Assembly: GCA_041653495.1 (NCBI GenBank)
Contig: JBAZFF010000001.1
Location: 4,987-68,986, forward strand
Source: Minisyncoccota bacterium
GTDB lineage: Bacteria; Patescibacteriota; Minisyncoccia; Minisyncoccales; RBG-13-42-11
Direction: 5' to 3'
Length of the DNA: 64,000 nt
This document shows, piece after piece, positions 43,607 to 54,666 of this stretch. The notes beneath the pieces are model-generated. The model saw only the letters and a list, made by a program, of their open reading frames with translations. It was not told the DNA's origin and made no database searches. A program made the position numbers and the translations under genes. How positions within the stretch are numbered: the stretch's first letter is position 1; every line of letters begins with the position of its first letter.

Positions 43607-44308
43607 TTACTTCCCAAATCTCCTTTCCCTGCTTGCGTAATCTAAAAATGCTTCGTCCAGATCCTTCTCCTCAAAATCCGGCCAGAACTTTTTGCAAAAA
43701 TACAGTTCAGAATAGACAGACTGCCACAACAAGAAACCTGAAGTTCTTCTCTCTCCGCTGGTTCTTATTATCAAGTCCGGGTCTTTTTGGCCGGCTGTCC
43801 AAAGATTGTCAGAAATTAATTTCTCGGTAATATTTGCGGCAGGAATATTGTCTTTGGCTATTTTTTTGACCGCTTCCAGAAGCTCCGCTCTCCCTCCGTA
43901 GCTGAGCGCTAAGTTTAAAATTCCTCCGGTATTGTTTTTTGTTTCCCGCTCGGCTTCGGCCATTAGCTTCTGGATGTCTTTGGAGAATCTCTCCTTCTGC
44001 CCTATTATCCGCAATCTTATGTTTTCCTTGTTTATCCACGCTATCTCCTTCTTGCTTAATGCAAGCTTAAATATCCTCATTAGGTATTCAACCTCTTTCT
44101 TGGACCTAAGCCAATTTTCCGTGGAAAAACCCCAGACAGTCAGTATTTTAACCCCCTTCTCTTTACACCATTTCCCCACCTTCTTTATCTTGTCGTATCC
44201 CCTCCTGTGGCCTTCCAAAGTGGGCAGATTATTTTTTTTTGCCCATCTCCTGTTCCCGTCCATTATGATTCCCACGTGATAAGGGATATTTTTTGTTTTA
44301 GAATCCAT
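43607..44308 (-). CDS. uppS: Undecaprenyl diphosphate synthase
   Basis: HVGIIMDGNRRWA and the C-terminal RTSGERRTSGFLLWQ. Confidence 0.9.
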   Translation of the reverse strand: MDSKTKNIPYHVGIIMDGNRRWAKKNNLPTLEGHRRGYDKIKKVGKWCKEKGVKILTVWGFSTENWLRSKKEVEYLMRIFKLALSKKEIAWINKENIRLRIIGQKERFSKDIQKLMAEAERETKNNTGGILNLALSYGGRAELLEAVKKIAKDNIPAANITEKLISDNLWTAGQKDPDLIIRTSGERRTSGFLLWQSVYSELYFCKKFWPDFEEKDLDEAFLDYASRERRFGK

Positions 44309-44309
44309 A

Positions 44310-45236
44310 TTAAAAAAGAAAGTCGCTCTCCATCCTTACTTTCTTTGGCAGCAGCCAGGGGAATTTGAACCCCAAGAGGTAAACCAAGAAAGTAGCGACT
44401 TTGGAAATAAAAATTCTTAATAGAAAAAACTTTTCAACTTTATTCTTATATTCTAGAAAATCTGGAAAATATTTCAATAGTATGTCTGCCGCCATCAATC
44501 CCCAGACCACTCCCCCTCCAGACCACGACTTGCACAGCCCGGCAGCATCCCCGCAAAGGGTCACCTTCTCGTTCCTCGGAATTGCAAGTCCCTGGGGCAC
44601 CAAGCCGGATTCTACCCTTTCCAAGACCAATCCTCTCGCCTTTAAGAACTCTTCAAAAACGGATTTCACCTCCTTAATTTCTCCCAAAGCCCCGTATTCC
44701 ACCTCCTTGCCCCTGGGTATCTTCCATATAAAGCCCTTGTTTATGGGCCAGGTTTCAACGGAGCCGGAATAGTCCTCCTGTCTCACAAATCCCATGACTC
44801 CAAGCCTCAAAGAAGGCCTCTTTAATCCTAAAATGCCCCTTACGGCAGAGTTAGGCCCATCGCACCCCAAGACCCTGTCAAACCCCTCCGGAAGGGCTTT
44901 TATCTCGTTCTGCAGCCTTATTTTAACCCCATTGACTGCGGCTTCTCTGGCAACCAGCCTGTCTAATTCAGCATGGCTCATAACCAGGAATCTCCTGGAA
45001 AAAGAGACGTTTACGGTCTTTCTGGGGAAATGAATAAAAACAGACCTTATTTCGTTTTCAATAAGGCTTTTGGCTTCCGGAATAAACTCCAATATCCTGT
45101 CCGAAAAAAGGCCGGAACACGCCTTTTTCCCTATCTCATTCTTCTTTTCAAATACTGTTACCTCGTGGCCTGATCCTGCCAGTTTCGCTGCCAGATTCAA
45201 GCCCGATATCCCAGCTCCTATAATAGCTACTTTCAT
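44310..45236 (-). CDS. Geranylgeranyl-reductase-family FAD-dependent oxidoreductase
   Basis: KVAIIGAGISGLNLA Rossmann motif and GDAAG. The probable start is MKVAI. Confidence 0.6.
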   Translation of the reverse strand: MKVAIIGAGISGLNLAAKLAGSGHEVTVFEKKNEIGKKACSGLFSDRILEFIPEAKSLIENEIRSVFIHFPRKTVNVSFSRRFLVMSHAELDRLVAREAAVNGVKIRLQNEIKALPEGFDRVLGCDGPNSAVRGILGLKRPSLRLGVMGFVRQEDYSGSVETWPINKGFIWKIPRGKEVEYGALGEIKEVKSVFEEFLKARGLVLERVESGLVPQGLAIPRNEKVTLCGDAAGLCKSWSGGGVVWGLMAADILLKYFPDFLEYKNKVEKFFLLRIFISKVATFLVYLLGFKFPWLLPKKVRMESDFLF

Positions 45237-45436
45237 AAGTCTCAATCGGGCATTTCAGCTCTTCTCTAGCTACAATATAACCCAACAAAAAAGAAAGCAA
45301 GGAAATCAAGATGACTCCTATGCACAGGATTATGTCTCCCTGGCGTTTCTTCACCCATTCTCTTATTATTGATAAATTCATATGATAGTCTCCGCTGGCT
45401 GAATCTTAGGATTCCGGCGGGTTTTTATTAAGCCTT

Positions 45437-45465
45437 TTGACAAACTGCGTCCTATCTGATAATAT
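45437..45465 (+). promoter_or_regulatory. Sigma70-type promoter for rpmA (TTGACA-N17-TAATAT)
   Basis: Canonical hexamers read directly, 10 nt upstream of the rpmA ATG. Confidence 0.5.
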
Positions 45466-45474
45466 ACAACCATT

Positions 45475-45747
45475 ATGTCAAAGACAAAAGCCGCAGGTTC
45501 AACTAAATTAGGCAGAGATTCCAACCCCCAGTATCTGGGGATTAAACTGTCTGCCGGACAGAAAGCAAAGCCCGGAAACATTATCGTGAGGCAGAGGGGA
45601 ACGAAGATAAATCCCGGAGCGAACACCAGAATCGGGAAGGACGACACCATCTACGCAATAAAGGAAGGAGTTATCCATTTTGAAACTAAATCCAAGAAAA
45701 GATTCAACGGGGCCAAGAAACTAATAAAAGTAGTAAGCGTAAAGTAA
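45475..45747 (+). CDS. rpmA: 50S ribosomal protein L27
   Basis: GSTKLGRDSNPQYLGIK…GNIIVRQRGTKINPG. Confidence 0.9.
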   Translation: MSKTKAAGSTKLGRDSNPQYLGIKLSAGQKAKPGNIIVRQRGTKINPGANTRIGKDDTIYAIKEGVIHFETKSKKRFNGAKKLIKVVSVK

Positions 45748-45758
45748 AGAAGTCAGGC

Positions 45759-47390
45759 CTAACGCCTGGCTTTTTTGTTTGCGGCAACTCTAATAAATTC
45801 TCTGAAAAGCGGATGGGGCCTTAACGGCCTGGATTTGAATTCGGGATGGAACTGGACCCCGACGAAAAACGGATGGTCGGGCAGTTCTATTATCTCCACC
45901 AGATCTCTCTGGGGATTTATTCCGGCCACCACCATTCCTTTCTTTTCCAGGGCAGCCCTGAAGGAATTATTGACCTCGTACCTGTGTCTGTGCCTTTCGG
46001 AAATATCCAGTTCTTTGTAAGCTCTGGCCGCTATAGTTCTCGGAGTAACCCTGCATTTGTAAGCCCCCAGCCTCATGGTTCCTCCCATCTTTTTCTCCTG
46101 GATCAAGGCCTTCTGCTCGGGCATCACGTCTATGACAGGATATGGAGTTTTCGGGTCAACCTCCGTTGAAGCCGCTCCCTTTAACCCGCAGACATTCCTG
46201 GCGAATTCCACGACAGCCAATTGGAGCCCGTAGCATAATCCAAAGAAAGGAATCTTATTCTTCCTGCAATATTCTATGGCCTTTATCTTTCCTTCGACTC
46301 CCCTGGCGCCGAATCCTCCCGGAACTATGATCCCGTCGTACTCCTTCAATTCTTTCAGTTTCCTCGGGTTCTTCTCGTATTCTCCCGCCGCCAGCCAATG
46401 GATTTCGGGCTTCAGTTTGTAATGCCAGGCGGCGTGCTTTATGGATTCTATCACGGAGATATAAGAGTCCATCAGGGTAAAAGCTCCCGTCTCAAAATAT
46501 TTTCCAACGATTCCGATTTTGACTGTCTTTTCCGCGGCTTCAATGGTCCTCAAAAGCTTCCTCCAGTCTTTGAGATCCTGTTTCGTAGACCTCATTTTGA
46601 ATTTCTTCAGTATCCTTTTCCCCAGATTGTCTCTCTCAAAATTGACGGGAATCTGATAAATCGATTTCACATCCGGAGCGGAAATCACGTCTTCCTTGTC
46701 GATATTGCAGAAGACGGAAATCTTCCTTTTCCTCGGCTCGTCTAGGGGAACCTGGGACCTGGCCAATATTATGTCGGGCTGTATCCCGGCCTCGTTCAGA
46801 GTCCTGACTGCCGTCTGAGTAGGCTTGGTCTTCATCTCGCCTATCATGGAAGGAATAGGAAGATAGCTTACCATTGCGAACAGAACGTCTTTGGGATGCT
46901 GTAATCTTAACATCCTGGCCGCTTCCAAAAAGAGCATATTCTGGTATTCTCCGACCGTTCCCCCTATTTCTATTAAAATAAAATCAGCCTTGTGCTTTCT
47001 GGCTGCTTTTTTGATTCTGGAGATGGTTTCGTTGGGAATGTCCGGGACTACTTCTACACACCTTCCCTTGTATTCTAAGTTTCTCTCTCTGTTTATAACC
47101 GACTGATAAACCCTCCCGGTGGTCATGTAATTCTCGCTGGTGATGTCCTCGTCCAGGAATCTCTCGTAGTTCCCGATGTCCTGGTCGCATTCATCCCCGT
47201 CTTCGGTCACAAAAACCTCACCGTGTTCCACTGGATTCATTGTCCCCGCATCAACATTGATATAGGGGTCTATTTTTACGGCAGTAACCCTGAAACCCTT
47301 GCTCTTTAGAATCCTCCCGATTGAAGCTACCGCCACGCCTTTTCCCACGCCGGACATGACACCGCCGGCTACGAAAATGTATTTAGGCAT
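45759..47390 (-). CDS. pyrG: CTP synthase
   Basis: MPKYIFVAGGVMSGVGKG and the glutaminase domain GLCYGLQ. Confidence 0.95.
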   Translation of the reverse strand: MPKYIFVAGGVMSGVGKGVAVASIGRILKSKGFRVTAVKIDPYINVDAGTMNPVEHGEVFVTEDGDECDQDIGNYERFLDEDITSENYMTTGRVYQSVINRERNLEYKGRCVEVVPDIPNETISRIKKAARKHKADFILIEIGGTVGEYQNMLFLEAARMLRLQHPKDVLFAMVSYLPIPSMIGEMKTKPTQTAVRTLNEAGIQPDIILARSQVPLDEPRKRKISVFCNIDKEDVISAPDVKSIYQIPVNFERDNLGKRILKKFKMRSTKQDLKDWRKLLRTIEAAEKTVKIGIVGKYFETGAFTLMDSYISVIESIKHAAWHYKLKPEIHWLAAGEYEKNPRKLKELKEYDGIIVPGGFGARGVEGKIKAIEYCRKNKIPFFGLCYGLQLAVVEFARNVCGLKGAASTEVDPKTPYPVIDVMPEQKALIQEKKMGGTMRLGAYKCRVTPRTIAARAYKELDISERHRHRYEVNNSFRAALEKKGMVVAGINPQRDLVEIIELPDHPFFVGVQFHPEFKSRPLRPHPLFREFIRVAANKKARR

Positions 47391-47844
47391 TAGACTCTTC
47401 GTCTGCTATCTTGTTTACTATAACTTTTATCTCGGCTTCCAAATTATGCTCAAACTTTATCTTGACCGGAAATTCTCCGAGATCCCTGATCGGATCCATT
47501 TCTATCTGGCCCTTCTTGATGTCCACTCCCTCCTCTCTCAATTTTTCTGTTATCTTCTGGGCGGTAATTGATTCAAACAGCTGGTCCTTGTCTCCGACTT
47601 TGACGTCAAAAATAAGTTCCCTGCCGTCCATGGAAGATGCAAGTTCTTCTGTCTCCTTTAGTCCTTCTTCAGCTTTTTTCTCCTCAATCTCTTTCTGGGT
47701 TTCCAGCCAGATCAGCGCTTCTTTAGAAGCCTGCTTGGCTAAGTTCTGGGGAAATAAAAAGTTCATGGCATATCCTTCCTTTACTTCCTTCACCTCAAAC
47801 TTCTTTCCTATCTTTTCTACGTCTTTTAATAGTATTACTTTCAT
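47383..47844 (-). CDS. rplI: 50S ribosomal protein L9
   Basis: MKVILLKDVEKIGKKFEVKEVKEGYAMNFLFP. Confidence 0.85.
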   Translation of the reverse strand: MKVILLKDVEKIGKKFEVKEVKEGYAMNFLFPQNLAKQASKEALIWLETQKEIEEKKAEEGLKETEELASSMDGRELIFDVKVGDKDQLFESITAQKITEKLREEGVDIKKGQIEMDPIRDLGEFPVKIKFEHNLEAEIKVIVNKIADEESNA

Positions 47845-47855
47845 AATAGATAATT

Positions 47856-49034
47856 TTAATTCATACCTTTTATAATTTCAATAGCCTTGTCAAGCTGGGG
47901 ATCCCTCCCGGCTTTGACATCTTCTTCGGTCATTTCAACCTTAATATCCGGCTCCAATCCTACCCCGTGGATCATCTCTCCTGCAGGAGTGAGCCATTTG
48001 GCGACAGTCACTTTCAAAGAAGTTTCTCCGGAAAGAGTCTCTAAAATCTGGACCGATCCCTTTCCGAAAGAAGTAGCTCCGATCAGAGCGCTCCCGTTTA
48101 CGTCCTTCAAAGCTCCTGCCAGAATTTCCGAAGCGGAAGCAGACCCTTCATTAATAAGGATTACGATGGGATAAGGCTTTAAGTTCGCATTCCCGTTTGA
48201 TTCGTATGTTTCCTGCCTGTCCCCGAAATCTTCTATCACGACCGTATCTCCCCTATCTATAAACCATCCTGCTATGTCCTGGGCCACCTCAAGATACCCT
48301 CCCGGATTGTTCCTCAAGTCCAAGATTATCCTGTCGGCGTCGCTGTTTAATATGTCCATTGCCGCCTCCCTGAAACCGTAAAATGCGGCTTCCGAAAATT
48401 GGTAAAGCTGGATGTAAGCTATGCCGTCATTCCTCAGCTCAAGCTTCAGGCTTGGTATCACAATAACTTCCCTGGTGATGGCAATATCCCTGGTTTCTTT
48501 CCAGTTATCCCTGTAAATCCCCAAGACGACTTGCGTTCCGGCTTCCCCCCTGATTTTTTTCACTGCTCCATTGGTGGTAATCCCGGCCGTAGACTCACCG
48601 TCTATTGTCATTATCTTGTCCCCGGGCATTAGTCCAACCGCTTGGGCGGGAGTTCCTTCCAAAGGCGATATTACCTGCAATTGGTTGTCTTTCACGTCTA
48701 TCTCCATTCCTACGCCCTCAAAGCTTCCCGAGACGTCCTCTAAAAAGATCTGGGTGTCTTCCGGAGTCATAAAAACCGTATAGGGGTCTTCTAGGGAGTT
48801 GACCATTCCTTCTATGGCTCCGTAAATCATGCTCTGGATATCTAATCCTCCCCTGTCCACATACTCTGACTCCAGCTTTTCCCAAGTTTCCCAAAAAAGA
48901 GAAAGGTTAACATGCTCTAAGGCGCATACGGGGCAGACAGTCTGCGATTTCTCAAACCAAACCCCGCCTCCAAATCCTCCGGCCACCAATAAAATTCCCA
49001 AAAAAAATAAAACAAAATGTTTCAGCTTGATCAT
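47856..49034 (-). CDS. ctp: Carboxyl-terminal processing protease (S41)
   Basis: PDZ segment and GATSFGKGSVQ catalytic region. Confidence 0.8.
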   Translation of the reverse strand: MIKLKHFVLFFLGILLVAGGFGGGVWFEKSQTVCPVCALEHVNLSLFWETWEKLESEYVDRGGLDIQSMIYGAIEGMVNSLEDPYTVFMTPEDTQIFLEDVSGSFEGVGMEIDVKDNQLQVISPLEGTPAQAVGLMPGDKIMTIDGESTAGITTNGAVKKIRGEAGTQVVLGIYRDNWKETRDIAITREVIVIPSLKLELRNDGIAYIQLYQFSEAAFYGFREAAMDILNSDADRIILDLRNNPGGYLEVAQDIAGWFIDRGDTVVIEDFGDRQETYESNGNANLKPYPIVILINEGSASASEILAGALKDVNGSALIGATSFGKGSVQILETLSGETSLKVTVAKWLTPAGEMIHGVGLEPDIKVEMTEEDVKAGRDPQLDKAIEIIKGMN

Positions 49035-49132
49035 ATAAATTAATATATCATACAATAAATGTTAAAACAATGAAAGCTTGCACCAAAAAATCGCCTAAGG
49101 CGATATTTTGGTTAGATTGGTATCAATTATTT

Positions 49133-49525
49133 TTATCGCATGGACCCTATCTGTATTGAATTTGCGATAAAAATACCGTCTGAACTCTCCTCTCCCGTTG
49201 CCGTTATCTGCTTCCCGACACTCAAGTCGCTGATTGAAGCGTCTATCGTCTCTCTAACAGAAACACTGTCTGAAAAATAAACTATAGTCTCAGTCCCGGA
49301 AGAATCCTTGATTGTAACGCTTTCGTCATCCATGGAAGTAATCTCTCCGCTCGCTCCGGCCCTTCCGGACTGCATTCCTTCCAAATCCGCATTCTGCATC
49401 CCCTGGAAATCTTTCATCCCTTCAAAATCCGCTAGAGGAGATTTCCCTTCTCCATATTTCATGCCGCCGAAGAATATGCCTCCGGCTGCTGCTAAGAATA
49501 TTAGAATAAATAATGGTTTTCTCAT
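49133..49525 (-). CDS. Hypothetical secreted protein
   Basis: Signal peptide; 130 aa. Confidence 0.4.
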   Translation of the reverse strand: MRKPLFILIFLAAAGGIFFGGMKYGEGKSPLADFEGMKDFQGMQNADLEGMQSGRAGASGEITSMDDESVTIKDSSGTETIVYFSDSVSVRETIDASISDLSVGKQITATGEESSDGIFIANSIQIGSMR

Positions 49526-49542
49526 AATCTTAAAATTAATGA

Positions 49543-50766
49543 TTATTCATATCTCAAAGCTTCTATGGGATTCAGTTTTGAAGCTCTTTGGGCCGGCCAG
49601 TATCCAAAAACAATTCCGATCCCCGTAGAAACTCCGAAAGCCAGTATTATGGAGAACAAAGATATCTCCGTGTCTAAATCAGAAAAGAAGTTTATGCTAA
49701 AAGAAATAACGAAACCCAGAATTATCCCGGCTATCCCGCCAAAGAATGTGAGCATCACCGATTCGGAAAGAAACTGCAGAGTAATATCGCTCCTCTTGGC
49801 CCCGATTGATTTTCTCAACCCTATTTCCCTGGTCCTTTCCGTAACCGTAGTCATCATCATATTCATAATGCCTATTCCTCCCACGACCAAGGATATTCCG
49901 GCTATGGCGGCTAAAAGTATTGTCATGGTCTGAGTCGTGGAAGAAGCGGATTCTATCAGATCCTCCTGGCTGCTCACGCTGAAATCAGCTGAATCTTCGT
50001 CTAATATCTCGTGCCTCGTAAGAAGCAGGCTGGTTATCTCGCTTTGCACTAGCTCCATGCTTTCAACATCTTCCGCCTGGATATTAATGCTCGAAACGTA
50101 ACTTACTCCAGCCAGGAATTTCTGGGCCGTGGTCACGGGGATAAAGACGTAGTTGTCCTGGGATCCCATACTGGTTCCTCCGACGGATTCCAAAACCCCA
50201 ATGATCGTGAAATTAATCCCGTTCATCCTTATGGTCTCCCCGACGGCATCAGTTCCTTCCCCAAAGAGATCATCCCTAACGGTGGAGCCCAATATGGCAA
50301 CCTTGGACATCTTCGTCACATTCTGTTCTGAAATAAAACTGCCCGACTCCAACTGCAGGTTTCTTATCTCTAAATAAGAATCGCTTGTGCCCGTGACCTG
50401 GGCATTGGTATTCGTTCCTTTTCCCTTTGCAACTATCTGATACCTGCCGGATAATTCAGGAGCGACTGAACTCACATAATCCAGCTCTTCTATCGCTTCC
50501 GCGTCTTCCAAAGTCAAAGTCTGGGCACTTCCCCTGCTTGAAGAAACTTGGGTGAAACTTCTTTGAGATCCCGGGCTTACGGTAATAAGATTGCTGCCCA
50601 TGGAAGTAATGCTGTCTTCTATGGAACCCGTTGCTCCCTGCCCGACTGAAATCATTGCGATGACCGAGCCCACTCCGATGACGATGCCTAAAATAGTAAG
50701 GCCGGACCTCACTTTATTGGACACTATTGCAAAAAATGTTTCTTCAACCAAATCTTCAAACAGCAT
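49543..50766 (-). CDS. ABC transporter permease (MacB/FtsX-like)
   Basis: N-terminal TM, large periplasmic domain, C-terminal FtsX 3-TM bundle. Confidence 0.8.
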   Translation of the reverse strand: MLFEDLVEETFFAIVSNKVRSGLTILGIVIGVGSVIAMISVGQGATGSIEDSITSMGSNLITVSPGSQRSFTQVSSSRGSAQTLTLEDAEAIEELDYVSSVAPELSGRYQIVAKGKGTNTNAQVTGTSDSYLEIRNLQLESGSFISEQNVTKMSKVAILGSTVRDDLFGEGTDAVGETIRMNGINFTIIGVLESVGGTSMGSQDNYVFIPVTTAQKFLAGVSYVSSINIQAEDVESMELVQSEITSLLLTRHEILDEDSADFSVSSQEDLIESASSTTQTMTILLAAIAGISLVVGGIGIMNMMMTTVTERTREIGLRKSIGAKRSDITLQFLSESVMLTFFGGIAGIILGFVISFSINFFSDLDTEISLFSIILAFGVSTGIGIVFGYWPAQRASKLNPIEALRYE

Positions 50767-50767
50767 A

Positions 50768-51481
50768 TTATTCCTTTATCAGCTTCGCCTCTTTAGACTT
50801 CCCCGTCTCGATGTCTTCGACTATTTCCCCGTCTCTGATTGTGATTACCCTTTTTGCCCTTTCGGCAATATACCTTTCGTGGGTGATCAGAATAATAGTC
50901 TTTCCCCGCGCGTTCAATTTGTTGAAAGTATCAAGCACTATCTCTCCGGTCTTGCTGTCCAGATTTCCGGTGGGCTCGTCCGCAAAAATCAAATCAGGAT
51001 CATTGATAAGGGCCCTGGCGATAGCAACTCTCTGCATCTGCCCCCCGGATAACTGGTTTGAAAGGTGGTTGAAATGAGTTTCAGGCAAGCCGGAGTCCCT
51101 CAAAGCCTCCTCGGCTATATTCTTTCTCTTTTCCCTGTCCACTTCCGTATAAATCAAAGGTAGCATGACATTCCTGATGACAGACGTTCTTTTTAAAAGA
51201 TTGAAGGCCTGGAAAACAAATCCTATTTTTTTCTTCCGAATGTCCGCCAATTCCTCGTCAGACAAGCTGGAAACGTCTTGGCCTCCCAGAAAATACTGGC
51301 CTGAAGTTGGGCTATCCAGGCATCCTAGAATATGCATTAAAGTGGATTTGCCGGATCCGGACGGTCCGACGATGGCTACGAATTCCCCCTCTTTTATCGA
51401 AAGGGAAACTCCTTTTAGAATCTGGGTTTCCACATCCCCCGATTTGTAGACTTTGGTTATGTTTTTTGCTTCAATCATCAT
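50768..51481 (-). CDS. ABC transporter ATP-binding protein (MacB/LolD-like)
   Basis: [35 protein letters not shown]. Confidence 0.9.
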   Translation of the reverse strand: MMIEAKNITKVYKSGDVETQILKGVSLSIKEGEFVAIVGPSGSGKSTLMHILGCLDSPTSGQYFLGGQDVSSLSDEELADIRKKKIGFVFQAFNLLKRTSVIRNVMLPLIYTEVDREKRKNIAEEALRDSGLPETHFNHLSNQLSGGQMQRVAIARALINDPDLIFADEPTGNLDSKTGEIVLDTFNKLNARGKTIILITHERYIAERAKRVITIRDGEIVEDIETGKSKEAKLIKE

Positions 51482-51486
51482 ACGGA

Positions 51487-53298
51487 TTACCTCATCATAT
51501 TCATCCCGCCCATTATGCTGCCTCCGGGCATTTGGAAATCGCTACTTTCGCTCTCGCTGTCGGAATCGTTGCTTATACTGGCGGAGGAAGAAATTACAAC
51601 ATCATCCTCTTCAAGCCCGCTTACTATTTCCGTATAAGAATCGTTGGAAATTCCGATTTCCACAGTTTGGGTTTTTATATAATTCCCTAAGGCCGCATTG
51701 GAAACGTTGGCCAGGAAAGTTTGGCTGTCCTGGCTCCCGGTATCCACCAATTCAACATAATAATTCTCACCTTGGGATTTAACAGCTCCGTTAGGCACGG
51801 TTAGAATATCCTGTTTCATCTCTGTAACAATGTCGGCTGTGACGCTCATTCCGGTTTTTACGCTCTCTAAATCAGAATCTAAAGCGATTACCACTCCGTA
51901 ATTGACTACTCCCTGGGAAGACTCGCCTTCTTCGTCAACCTCGGTGACTTTTCCCGTAGCGGTGATATCCGACAGGGCATCAAAAGTAAGAACCACTTTC
52001 TGGCCCACCTCCACCAATGCTGCATCGACTTCATTCAAGCTTATCTCTGCTACCTTCTGATGAGTTATAATGCTCGCTAAAACTGTGCCCGAAGATACGG
52101 AATCTCCTCTTTCAACCGAAACTTCCGTAATCACTCCGTTGTAGGGAGAATATATTTCGCAATTGGCTAAATCTTCCTGAGCCGATTCAAGCGCTTTCTG
52201 TTTTTGCCTGAGAGCGCTCTGCATAGACCTCACATCCAACTCATCGGGAGAAAGCAGATCCTCCAGATCTTCTTCTTTCTGGACAACCAATTCCTCTGCA
52301 TCCGAGAGAGCATCTTTACTGTTTTCTATTGATTGTTTTGTAGAAGATATCGCTGAAGAAACGCTGGCCGCAGAAACAAGTTTGCTTCTTAAACCGGACT
52401 GGTAGGAAGTTATCTGGGACGGAACATTTTTATCTTGTTCGGTCAAATAATCTATCGTGAAATCTATGAGATTTATTTCATTCTTTATCACCTGGACAAA
52501 AGATTTTGCAACTGCTGAAGTTTCGCTCAGAATATCCTCCAAGTCCTCCTGTTCATAATTAATAGTCAGGGACTTGAATTCCGAAAAGACTTCATCGTAA
52601 TCTTCCTTCGCGGAAAGATATGAATCGTCGGCAGACGTCAAGAAAGGGACAACTTCGGCCCTGTCCTCCAGCGCAAAAAGATTTTCATAAACCGTTTTAT
52701 TGTCGTCTGAATTATTGAACCTCGCCTCATCCTCGGCTATATCATATGAATATAGAATGTTTTTCGCATAATCGACAACTTCGGCCAGATCCAAAAAAGT
52801 GCTGCTTAAATCATTAAAAGCATCTTCGTAAGATTCGGCTATGGCGTCTTCGGCGTCTAATTCGGCCTCCTTAGCATCCGCCAAGGCATCCTCGGCATCT
52901 TTTATGTCGTCTTCATCGGGGTTTGTCAGAGATTCCAAATCCTCTTTGGCGGAATCGTAAGCCAATTCCGCATCTTCTAATTCGTCTTCCAAATCACTTT
53001 TATCCAACACAGCTACCAGTTGGCCGGCTGTCACCTCCTGGCCTTTTTTCACATAAATATTGGAAACTGCGCTATTTACCTCGGATTTAATGTCAGTTTC
53101 CTCTAAGGCCGATATTTGCCCGGAACCGGAAACGGAAATGACTATGCTTCCTTTTTCCACTGCAGCTGTAACATATCGGACAAGGGTTTCCTCGCTATTC
53201 CCTTGATATATGAAAATGCCTGCGACTAAAAGCGCGGCTGCGGCTAATAGCGTCAGAATCTTGTGCTTGAACATTTTATTAAATAATTTTCTTACCAT
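51487..53298 (-). CDS. HlyD/MacA-family periplasmic adaptor with an extended acidic coiled coil
   Basis: N-terminal TM, lipoyl-like beta hairpins, and a very long D/E-rich helical insert. Confidence 0.6.
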   Translation of the reverse strand: MVRKLFNKMFKHKILTLLAAAALLVAGIFIYQGNSEETLVRYVTAAVEKGSIVISVSGSGQISALEETDIKSEVNSAVSNIYVKKGQEVTAGQLVAVLDKSDLEDELEDAELAYDSAKEDLESLTNPDEDDIKDAEDALADAKEAELDAEDAIAESYEDAFNDLSSTFLDLAEVVDYAKNILYSYDIAEDEARFNNSDDNKTVYENLFALEDRAEVVPFLTSADDSYLSAKEDYDEVFSEFKSLTINYEQEDLEDILSETSAVAKSFVQVIKNEINLIDFTIDYLTEQDKNVPSQITSYQSGLRSKLVSAASVSSAISSTKQSIENSKDALSDAEELVVQKEEDLEDLLSPDELDVRSMQSALRQKQKALESAQEDLANCEIYSPYNGVITEVSVERGDSVSSGTVLASIITHQKVAEISLNEVDAALVEVGQKVVLTFDALSDITATGKVTEVDEEGESSQGVVNYGVVIALDSDLESVKTGMSVTADIVTEMKQDILTVPNGAVKSQGENYYVELVDTGSQDSQTFLANVSNAALGNYIKTQTVEIGISNDSYTEIVSGLEEDDVVISSSASISNDSDSESESSDFQMPGGSIMGGMNMMR

Positions 53299-53359
53299 AA
53301 ATTTGAATAATCTAAGTTCTCCGTTCTTCGTTCGGAGCGGAGAACCCAGACTACTATTA

Positions 53360-53812
53360 TTACTTTATGGGTTGTTCCACCCTTTGGCCGTGAGGGCCTC
53401 CTCGTCCGAACATTCCTCTAAAACAGGGAGCGTCTATCCCATTCTCCTCGGCCCAAGCTTCCATTCCTTCCTTAATCTGATCTATGGCCTCCTGCCTTTC
53501 CTCTCCAGAAAGGTCCTTAATTCCTTCCATCTTCTGTTTCATCTCCTCCATCTTTTCGGAGATAGCGGTTTTTTGCTCTTCCGTCAGATTGGTGAATTCT
53601 TGTGAGGTTCTCTCCTCCATCTGTTCTTTATTTTCCGCCTCAAACTCGTCGAACACTTCCTGTACTTCCTGTTCGTTTAGATTAAACCTCTCTACGAGCT
53701 CTTGGATCAGCGCCGAATGGAATCCTCCATTGTCGGCCTGGGCGTTCGCCACTGTGAACCCGAGAATGCCGACTGCGACTAACGTCATAATCAAATAGGT
53801 TATTTTCTTCAT
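53360..53812 (-). CDS. Spy/CpxP-like periplasmic protein (LTxxQ motifs)
   Basis: Signal peptide; helical, with LNEQEVQ and LTEEQK repeats. Confidence 0.4.
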   Translation of the reverse strand: MKKITYLIMTLVAVGILGFTVANAQADNGGFHSALIQELVERFNLNEQEVQEVFDEFEAENKEQMEERTSQEFTNLTEEQKTAISEKMEEMKQKMEGIKDLSGEERQEAIDQIKEGMEAWAEENGIDAPCFRGMFGRGGPHGQRVEQPIK

Positions 53813-53895
53813 TTAATTCTTTGTTTCATATTTCCGACCTTTCACTTATTACTACAAAGTAAAGAGGTTTTTATTCCAAACAAAAAAGCCGCTCT

Positions 53896-54666
53896 TTAGA
53901 GCGGCATTTTATCCTGTGATTCAGGTGGTCCGTGCAAAGGACCATTATCAGGTCTAAAGGGCGGGAAATCCCGCAGATTATCGTTGATCTCTAAAACGCC
54001 CTTAGCGCGCACTTTCCCCTCCTCCTCTTCTCCAAAAACGACTACCGAATCTTCCTTTTCCAAGTCTTCTCTGTGAATGAATTTAGTATCTTTGTCAACT
54101 AATATCTCTATTTCTGAATCTTCCAGGGTCTCAATGATAAATCCCTGTTCCAAGATTCTTAAAACAGTCCCCCTGTATATCCCCTTTTCTTGCATCATCC
54201 CGATGTCCCGGTAGAAAGGATTCTTAAGAGGGTCTTCTTGGGATGAAAAGATGCTTGGATGTAAAGGAGTCCTATCCAGAATTAAGCTGCCCATAAAAAC
54301 TAAGAGAGCTATGACTATCAAAGAATAAACCAGAGGCCTTTTATATACGAATGAGAATCTTTTTGCCAAAATTTCCAAAACAAGAATGAGCGCCCCCACT
54401 GCCGAAATAAGAGCCCAAGGCAGTAATTTTATATATGGTCCCAGAGCCGGAAATCCGAATCTCGGCAGATACCAAACCCCGCTGGCCTTCAAGTTGAAAA
54501 AGATCAGACTTATCAAGAATAAGATTGAAGCTGCAACTACAAAAATAACGGCCACGGCTAATATCGTCTTTAGAATAAAGTAAGAGCTCGGCCTCATTTT
54601 TATCTGGCCGCTTCTAACCTTATCCAGTATCTTATTTATTATTGCTTTCGGTTCTTCTTTATCCAT
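53896..54666 (-). CDS. Putative anti-sigma factor (membrane)
   Basis: Overlaps the upstream ECF sigma gene by 8 nt; carries TM segments. Confidence 0.4.
   Translation of the reverse strand: MDKEEPKAIINKILDKVRSGQIKMRPSSYFILKTILAVAVIFVVAASILFLISLIFFNLKASGVWYLPRFGFPALGPYIKLLPWALISAVGALILVLEILAKRFSFVYKRPLVYSLIVIALLVFMGSLILDRTPLHPSIFSSQEDPLKNPFYRDIGMMQEKGIYRGTVLRILEQGFIIETLEDSEIEILVDKDTKFIHREDLEKEDSVVVFGEEEEGKVRAKGVLEINDNLRDFPPFRPDNGPLHGPPESQDKMPL

Noticed and set aside
45148-45381. 77-aa ORF overlapping the start of the FAD oxidoreductase gene
   Set aside because: It overlaps the oxidoreductase 5' end by about 90-100 nt in another frame. A hydrophobic small protein is possible but unsupported, so it is left uncalled.
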